Part shown: in pieces, positions 56,627-64,000 of the stretch
Position numbering within the stretch: position 1 is the first letter of the stretch
How the letters are laid out: the number at the start of each line of letters is the position of its first letter
Origin: the human T2T-CHM13v2.0 reference genome, Homo sapiens
Strand: one strand, 5' to 3'
NCBI RefSeq assembly: GCF_009914755.1
Contig: NC_060925.1
DNA: 64,000 bases
Position numbers and translations under genes: made by a program
Notes under the pieces: model-generated
What the model saw: only the letters and a program-made list of their open reading frames with translations
Database searches by the model: none
What the model was told of the DNA's origin: nothing

Positions 56627-59600
56627 CCCTCAGGGCTATCTTTAAGGTACTGTCTGCCCTGCTGGCCTGTGGACGGGGCCCCTCTTGGTGTTCTCCCGTC
56701 TCTGTTCTGTTGCTCTCCCATTTGTGCCTGCCTGAGCTGCACACTCCTGAGAGCAGCATCTCCCTGCTTAGCTCCCAGCACAGCCCTCGGGGATGCTGTG
56801 GACTTGGGAGGGGCATTCCCAAGAGTCAGAGGCACCTTCCACACACCCTTACCCCATGCGTGCCCCAGGACTTGCAGCCTCTGTTTCCTTTCCCACGTGT
56901 AAGGATAGGTGAGCTTCTCTCCTGGCCTTGGGAGGCAGCCCTTCCTGTGAGAGCCTGCCCCACCTCAGCCAAGGTCTTGGGTCCAGCCCTTTCCCACCAG
57001 GGAGAAAATAGCAAGAAAAACAGATGAGAGCTGATACCCTAAGCTGCAGGGTCTGCTGGGACTGGGTCCTGGAGGAGCCCCAGGAAAGCTTTAACCCCGG
57101 GGGCTCTGGGTGGTCAGAAGGGTGAGGGGTGAGGAGAGAAGAGGGGAGGGACCCACTTCTGTAGCTAGAAGTCTCCTCCCTCTCTCCTGTCTAGGGCTAT
57201 CACTGTCTACCTCTCCTCTCTCCATAGGTCATCACTGCCCTGATGTCAGTCCCAGGCTAGATCCCCCAATCCATAGGCTGGACGGCAGCACCAGAGGTCA
57301 CCTACCCCACCCCACTGACTCTGGGTGGTGCCTTCCTTGGGCAGAGTCTTGAAGTTCCCCTTTTAAATCTCTTAGGCAAGGGATATTTTCAACCTGCCAA
57401 TCATCTGCATCTCAACAACCCACAGTCAGCCTGGCACCCTGAAGAAGAGCTGGGCTTGGAGTCAGGAGACCCAGGCCAGTGGAGCTTCTAATTTATGAAA
57501 TGGGGATTCCCTTATCTGCTGTGCTCACCACAGCAGCAGTTATGAGGATTACCTGAGACAGGACTGAGAAAGGGATTTGTAAATGATAAATGTGGTATAA
57601 ATGGCAGATGTGATGGGTGGTGGGGGTAGGCAGGACACCTGGCCCCGTCCTCTCTGCAGTGGCAGCTCGCTTTCCCTGCTGAGGTTCACCTGGGGATCTG
57701 GCCCCACTCTCCGCTGTGTGGCTGCTGAGACAGCATCCCTCAGCCTTCAGAATGACCTATGTTCCTTTGGTCTTTGCCCGTAGACTCATGCCCAGAACTT
57801 TTTCCACCATATCTGAGAGGACACCATATCTGTGGGGAACACATTGAGATGGTCAGGAACAAGATGTGAGCAAGATGTTTAAATAGCCCTTAGGCTGTGT
57901 TTGCTGAGCATCCAGAGATACTGGAGTTTTCCAGGTGGCCATTTGTCTGGGAGCTTGGAGGGGTAAGAAGAGCTCAGGCAAAGGAATACTGGTCGGATGT
58001 TTACAGAGTACTTGCACACGTAGTATCTCATTTGATCCTCCCCCTCTGAAGTAGGTCTCTTTTACAGAGGAGACATTGATCTAGCAAGTTGCAGACTGGC
58101 AGCCCGAGTTTGGGTCTTCTCACTCCCAGTGTCTGCACCAGGCCTGGCCATTCTGCTGAGGGTACAGAGGAGGGAATGGGCTTCAATTTCAGCAAGAGAG
58201 TGAGGATTGTATCTAAGAAAACTTCAGAGGCACAAGTGCACTGGTCACCTCTCAAGGCCCCTTGGTGGTGGTGGTTTGGGGCACAAGAATCCTATGATCA
58301 CAGAGTAGGAGAGGGGAACTGCTCCAAAGGTGTTGGAGTCATCTAGTCCTCAATTTCTTCACTGGGACAATGAAGGGATAGAAAATGAGATTCCAAAGGT
58401 CTCTTCTAGTCCTTATCTTCTAGATGGGGTGGAGAGGGGCATCTGGTTCCTCCCACTGGGCAAATTGTCTCCCTTCCTACCCCTATAGCCTTCACAGAGC
58501 AGGTGGGCTTTGATGGATGGTGAAGGATCTAGGAGAAGCGTTGTCCGGGGCGAGACAGACTTTAAGCATCATCACCATGCAGGAGAAAGCCGCAGATTCT
58601 GCATCCCTGGGGCGGAAGGAAACAGTCGGCAGCCTCTCCCTTCACACTCCTGGGTCTCAGGAGCTATTTACATGCTCAGGAGGGCACTCCATCCATTTCA
58701 GAAGCCGCATTGGAAAATAACAACTGGGCAAGCTGCTGCTGCTCAGCTGGCTTCTCAGCACAGAGCTGGGTGAGACCCAGCCCTTGGCACTGTCTCCAAG
58801 GCCAGTATGTGGGCAGAAGCCATGATGGCTGCTGGCTAGATTGGTTTAAAGGGAAGTAGGAACCCCTGAGATATGAAAACGCCCAACCCTTGTGGCTCAC
58901 GAGCAGCCTCGTCATCCAGATGTTTCTATCTTCTTTGTGGGTCATGACCTGAAAAAAGTTAGAAAGCTCTGGCCCTTGACTCAACCTATTTCCTTTAAAG
59001 GACATATCATGATCTATAGTTGTCTTGTTTATTTTCTTGCTTTTGTGTTATCTGTCTCTTCACCCAAAATGTGAGATATGTAGAAGCAGGGATCTTTTAT
59101 CTTATTCTCAGCACAGGGAGCAATGCCTAGCACAGAAAGCACTCGACAAATGCTTGCTGAATGAATGCATCCACGTATGCATGCGTAAATGCATGAATGA
59201 ATGACTGAAAGTATCTAGCATGTAGTAGATGCTCAGTGAATATCAGTTTTCTTTCCTGAGCATCATTCCCAGTTAGCTTGGGAGTGCAGAGCTGGTTCTT
59301 GAGATCAAGCCCTTAGGAGGTAAGTGCTGCACAGTGATTGGAAGGGGAAACAGGAGGTTCATATGGAGGTGGGAGATGGGGCATGGCAGGGGAGTATGGG
59401 ACAAGGCCAAGGGAAGGGGGGTTGTGTGAAAGATTTTTTAAAATGACAGTTGTGTCTGCTGGCCCAAGAGAAGGGATGGTTTGTTAATCACCTGGGTGTT
59501 TCGGTCAGTGTAGACGTGTTTTAGGAAGCACGGAACAGCACTGCCACCTTCCATGTGGCCTTGGGCAGATCCTGTGATTACTTTGAACCTCAGTTTCCTC

Positions 59601-59807
59601 ATCTGCCAATTGGGCAGTCCTCATTCTGCCGGTGACTTCCTACGCGACAAAGGCTGTCATGAAGCAATGATGAGATAACCAGTGGGGGCATGCTGAGCAC
59701 ATGGGAGCAATTTTTACTGTGGTCATTTCCTTGAAATTCATAAAGGAGCTCCTCTGTGATTTTCTATTATTATTTTTGTCATTAATCAGGATTTCCTCTC
59801 TCTGTAG

Positions 59808-59844
59808 GAGAATAAGCCAATGCATGGCAAGCACTAAATCTTAG
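59808..59844 (+). CDS. ADORA1: Alternative-acceptor segment giving a truncated 125-aa ADORA1 (…PLR-RISQCMASTKS*)
   Basis: TTTCCTCTCTCTGTAG|G acceptor at 59807/59808; in phase with the exon 1 donor it reads G AGA ATA AGC CAA TGC ATG GCA AGC ACT AAA TCT TAG. Confidence 0.6.
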
Positions 59845-60012
59845 ATCCTGAAGACTCAGCCCTCGAGCAAAAGACATGCACCTCCCCACTCACCGGGCCC
59901 TGGAAGAGGAGGGTGCTCCTCTTAGAGGCCCCTGGAGGCCAGGCGTGCCTCAGAGGGGCCTTTCGAGGCAGCTGGGAGGCAGATCCTCACACTCTGCCCT
60001 CCTCTCCCCCAG

Positions 60013-60652
60013 GTACAAGATGGTGGTGACCCCCCGGAGGGCGGCGGTGGCCATAGCCGGCTGCTGGATCCTCTCCTTCGTGGTGGGACTGACCCCTATG
60101 TTTGGCTGGAACAATCTGAGTGCGGTGGAGCGGGCCTGGGCAGCCAACGGCAGCATGGGGGAGCCCGTGATCAAGTGCGAGTTCGAGAAGGTCATCAGCA
60201 TGGAGTACATGGTCTACTTCAACTTCTTTGTGTGGGTGCTGCCCCCGCTTCTCCTCATGGTCCTCATCTACCTGGAGGTCTTCTACCTAATCCGCAAGCA
60301 GCTCAACAAGAAGGTGTCGGCCTCCTCCGGCGACCCGCAGAAGTACTATGGGAAGGAGCTGAAGATCGCCAAGTCGCTGGCCCTCATCCTCTTCCTCTTT
60401 GCCCTCAGCTGGCTGCCTTTGCACATCCTCAACTGCATCACCCTCTTCTGCCCGTCCTGCCACAAGCCCAGCATCCTTACCTACATTGCCATCTTCCTCA
60501 CGCACGGCAACTCGGCCATGAACCCCATTGTCTATGCCTTCCGCATCCAGAAGTTCCGCGTCACCTTCCTTAAGATTTGGAATGACCATTTCCGCTGCCA
60601 GCCTGCACCTCCCATTGACGAGGATCTCCCAGAAGAGAGGCCTGATGACTAG
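60013..60652 (+). CDS. ADORA1: Adenosine A1 receptor, coding exon 2 (TM4-TM7, C-tail, stop)
   Basis: Pyrimidine tract and CAG|G at 60012/60013, candidate branch CTCAC ~59986-59990. Reads (R)[18 protein letters not shown]...SWLP...[11 protein letters not shown]...FRCQ...ERPDD-TAG. 341+640=981 nt = 326 aa plus stop. Confidence 0.99.
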
Positions 60653-61874
60653 ACCCCGCCTTCCGCTCCCACCAGCCCACATCCAGTGGGGTCTCAGTCC
60701 AGTCCTCACATGCCCGCTGTCCCAGGGGTCTCCCTGAGCCTGCCCCAGCTGGGCTGTTGGCTGGGGGCATGGGGGAGGCTCTGAAGAGATACCCACAGAG
60801 TGTGGTCCCTCCACTAGGAGTTAACTACCCTACACCTCTGGGCCCTGCAGGAGGCCTGGGAGGGCAAGGGTCCTACGGAGGGACCAGGTGTCTAGAGGCA
60901 ACAGTGTTCTGAGCCCCCACCTGCCTGACCATCCCATGAGCAGTCCAGCGCTTCAGGGCTGGGCAGGTCCTGGGGAGGCTGAGACTGCAGAGGAGCCACC
61001 TGGGCTGGGAGAAGGTGCTTGGGCTTCTGCGGTGAGGCAGGGGAGTCTGCTTGTCTTAGATGTTGGTGGTGCAGCCCCAGGACCAAGCTTAAGGAGAGGA
61101 GAGCATCTGCTCTGAGACGGATGGAAGGAGAGAGGTTGAGGATGCACTGGCCTGTTCTGTAGGAGAGACTGGCCAGAGGCAGCTAAGGGGCAGGAATCAA
61201 GGAGCCTCCGTTCCCACCTCTGAGGACTCTGGACCCCAGGCCATACCAGGTGCTAGGGTGCCTGCTCTCCTTGCCCTGGGCCAGCCCAGGATTGTACGTG
61301 GGAGAGGCAGAAAGGGTAGGTTCAGTAATCATTTCTGATATTTGCTGGAGTGCTGGCTCCACGCCCTGGGGAGTGAGCTTGGTGCGGTAGGTGCTGGCCT
61401 CAAACAGCCACGAGGTGGTAGCTCTGAGCCCTCCTTCTTGCCCTGAGCTTTCCGGGGAGGAGCCTGGAGTGTAATTACCTGTCATCTGGGCCACCAGCTC
61501 CACTGGCCTGCCCGTTGCCGGGCCTGGACTGTCCTAGGTGACCCCATCTCTGCTGCTTCTGGGCCTGATGGAGAGGAGAACACTAGACATGCCAACTCGG
61601 GAGCATTCTGCCTGCCTGGGAACGGGGTGGACGAGGGAGTGTCTGTAAGGACTCAGTGTTGACTGTAGGCGCCCCTGGGGTGGGTTTAGCAGGCTGCAGC
61701 AGGCAGAGGAGAGTACCCCCCTGAGAGCATGTGGGGGAAGGCCTTGCTGTCATGTGAATCCCTCAATACCCCTAGTATCTGGCTGGGTTTTCAGGGGCTT
61801 TGGAAGCTCTGTTGCAGGTGTCCGGGGGTCTAGGACTTTAGGGATCTGGGGAAGGACCAACCCATGCCCTGCCA

Positions 61875-62018
61875 AGCCTGGAGCCCCTGTGTTGGGGGGC
61901 AAGGTGGGGGAGCCTGGAGCCCCTGTGTGGGAGGGCGAGGCGGGGGAGCCTGGAGCCCCTGTGTGGGAGGGCGAGGCGGGGGATCCTGGAGCCCCTGTGT
62001 CGGGGGGCGAGGGAGGGG
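61875..62018 (+). repeat. 36-bp G-rich tandem repeat, 4 copies, in the ADORA1 3'UTR
   Basis: Unit AGCCTGGAGCCCCTGTGTGGGAGGGCGAGGCGGGGG starting at 61875, 61911, 61947 and 61983. Confidence 0.97.
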
Positions 62019-62135
62019 AGGTGGCCGTCGAGTTGACCTTCTGAACATGAGTGTCAACTCCAGGACTTGCTTCCAAGCCCTTCCCTCTGTTGGAAATTGG
62101 GTGTGCCCTGGCTCCCAAGGGAGGCCCATGTGACT

Positions 62136-62141
62136 AATAAA
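62136..62141 (+). terminator. ADORA1 polyadenylation signal
   Basis: First AATAAA I found downstream of the ADORA1 stop. Confidence 0.85.
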
Positions 62142-62564
62142 AAACTGTGAACCCTGTGGAGAGCACATTGCTGGGCGCCCATCCCCACCACTGTTGAGGG
62201 CAATAAGACAGCTTCAGCAGACAGGAAGCAATGACGGGGGCTGGGAGGAGCTGCGAGAGGGGGCACGTGGAGGCGTTGGAGCAAGGAGAGTTCCAGAGAG
62301 GGTGTGTCTGTTTCCATAGTTACGCACTGGCGGTAGCAAACCCTGATCAGAAAGGGAGATCCTGAAAACTCACAGGTCCAGAACACCCCCCATCCCCCCA
62401 CCTCCCTGCCCCAGCCATGACATCCTGAGACCTCTCCCATTGGCATCTTCCTCTTGGTGACATATCTGGAGACCCCCTCATGGTGAAACATTCAGACACC
62501 CCCCCTCCTCGTGACACAGCGCCTCCCCCAGATGATGTCGCTCACTGGCACAGAGGCCCCGCAC

Positions 62565-62842
62565 TGTTAACACCACGCATCTTTATTTGAGTGCTTCCCA
62601 CCCAGAGTGCAACTCCGCAGGGCACTCCAATCTCTGCGCCTTCCAGCACCCCTTGAGCCCAGTTAGTCTGGCCTGGGGCCTACCAGGCCCATTCCTGAGT
62701 TCTGGACACCAGCCTCTGGGGAAGGGAGGCCAGCAGGTACCAGGGGCGGTTCCATCAGCCGTCGCTATGGAAGCGGGGGTCTTGGGCATCTCTGGAGTTT
62801 GACTGTAGGCCTGGTGGACCTGGCCCCTCAGGCCTGCAGCAC
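62565..62842 (-). other. MYBPH: MYBPH terminal non-coding exon (3'UTR; end approximate)
   Basis: Minus-strand TCCTCCTCCAG|GTGCTG acceptor at 62843/62842; AATAAA on the minus strand at 62582-62587. Confidence 0.75.
62582..62587 (-). terminator. MYBPH polyadenylation signal
   Basis: TTTATT on + = AATAAA on -. Confidence 0.8.
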
Positions 62843-63411
62843 CTGGAGGAGGACATGCTTCCTGAGCCCCTGGTGTGAGCAGAGCTCGGCTGCAGGCCAG
62901 AGAGGTGCAGAGTGGGGAGGGGGAGCAGCATCCTCTTCCTCACCAGGCCTCCCTCCCTCAGGTGCAATGCCCAGGTCTGAGCTCTGCCCACTGCAGTTCT
63001 AGATACTTCCGTACTTATGCAGAGCCTCAGAACCACCAGGGGAAGGAAGGCAGGGAAAGGTTGTTATCCCCAGTTTTCGGATGAGAGAATGTGTCCAAAG
63101 AGAACACCCTTGCTGAAGATCACTCAGAGCTGGGAGTAGACTCTGGTTGTGTGGCGGTCCACGGAATCACCCCCCTTCCAGGAGACACCGGCATCGCCTG
63201 GCCCTGCAACATCACTGTGAGTCTCTGGACATGCGTGCTAGTTGCCTGTGTCCACAAGTTTGTGTCCACAGAGCTGACCACCACCTTCCCTTCTCACCCC
63301 AACCCCCTGCTCCTGGCCTCCTCTCTGCTTCTGTGCTGCCCACAGAGGTAACAGAGTGGGTGGGTCAGGCCATTTACCTGGCTCCTCATCACAGCCTCCT
63401 CCCGTGACTCT

Positions 63412-63428
63412 TCAGTGTGCGGCTGAGG
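63412..63428 (-). CDS. MYBPH: MYBPH last coding segment (ASAAH*); exon spans 63378-63428
   Basis: TCTCTTCCAG|CCTCAGCCGCACACTGA; the phase-1 join gives GCC TCA GCC GCA CAC TGA; donor CAG|GTAAAT at 63378/63377. Confidence 0.9.
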
Positions 63429-63658
63429 CTGGAAGAGATGCTGCAGTTAGAGCTTGGGGGAAGTGGCGGGGAACTGGAAAGTTCACGGTTATACACCCTC
63501 TTCTACACCTGTCCACCCTGCCGCTTGGAAAGTAATCAGCACAGCCTGACCCCAGTCTTACCACCCCTTCTCTTCGGCCTTGATTTTAAGCTGTCTGCTG
63601 CCTCTAGTCCAGTTCCAGAGAGGTGCTTACTCCTGTTCTCCCGTCCTCAAACTCTCAC

Positions 63659-63845
63659 CTTTGACCTCCAGCCGGCAGTCCACAGATGCCTCCCCCAGCA
63701 CATTTATGGCCTTGCAGGTGTAGACCCCAGAATCAAAGGGGCTGGGTTTCCGGATCTCTAGGGTGCAGACGCCTTGCTCAGAGAGGGCGCGGTATTTGGG
63801 GTTGCCCTGGATCTCCATCTTGTTTTTCATCCAGATGATCTTGGG
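63659..63845 (-). CDS. MYBPH: Myosin-binding protein H, penultimate coding exon (C-terminal Ig I-set domain)
   Basis: Minus-strand TCTCCCAG|CCCAAG acceptor and AAAG|GTGAGA donor. Reads [62 protein letters not shown], with the W and DSGVYTC Ig motifs typical of MyBP-C/H. Confidence 0.96.
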
Positions 63846-64000
63846 CTGGGAGACATGGTCAGAAGAGAGCTGGGGAGGTATGGACTGGGGCGGGGCTCTC
63901 AACAGCTATCCCCAGGCTTAGGTGTGGACGCCCGGAGGATTCCTCAGCCCTGCTGTCCCCACCTGCCCCCACCAGCCCAGGGCACAACAGGGCCTGGCCC

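Larger units (their letters stand above)
60653..62160 (+). other. ADORA1: ADORA1 3'UTR (end approximate)
   Basis: From the stop codon to just past AATAAA at 62136-62141. Confidence 0.85.

Noticed and set aside
60175-60814. 132-aa alternative-frame ORF and 175-aa antisense ORF over the last exon
   Set aside because: Codon-bias shadows of the real CDS; the 132-aa ORF has no ATG at its start.
61875-62018. 36-bp repeats suggesting a CRISPR array
   Set aside because: Units are contiguous with no spacers, no cas genes, eukaryotic context.
61750-62168. Collagen-like GEPGAP and Pro-rich repeated ORFs
   Set aside because: Artefact of a 36-bp (multiple of 3) tandem repeat in a 3'UTR; not continuous Gly-X-Y.

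Overview
Mammalian genomic DNA, very probably human: it contains Alu elements and the receptor sequence matches human ADORA1 as I recall it. The window holds the whole coding region of ADORA1 (adenosine A1 receptor) on the + strand. There are two CpG-island promoters with non-coding exons at ~22.4-23.2 kb, coding exon 23594-23934, a 36-kb intron, coding exon 60013-60652 (326 aa in total) and a 3'UTR ending near 62160. The last three exons of MYBPH lie tail-to-tail with it on the - strand. The rest is interspersed repeat: L1s, L2s, MIRs, about 16 Alu elements, a full-length MST MaLR provirus with an intact 5-bp TSD, a solo MaLR LTR, Tigger4a, MER5A and a decayed hAT/Charlie transposase. Nearly all other ORFs in the track are noise. 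I see no convincing new gene or system. The best leads are: (i) an alternative 3' splice site that would give a 3-TM ADORA1 fragment followed on the same RNA by an in-frame ORF for the other 4 TMs; (ii) splicing-assembled uORFs, including a TGATG stop/start overlap; (iii) a ~120-bp local inverted duplication that appears to have seeded a (CA)n microsatellite; (iv) a compact cardiac-type TF motif cluster and a helically phased triple octamer; (v) a G-rich 36-bp tandem repeat in the 3'UTR. Repeat names and boundaries were judged by eye and are approximate.
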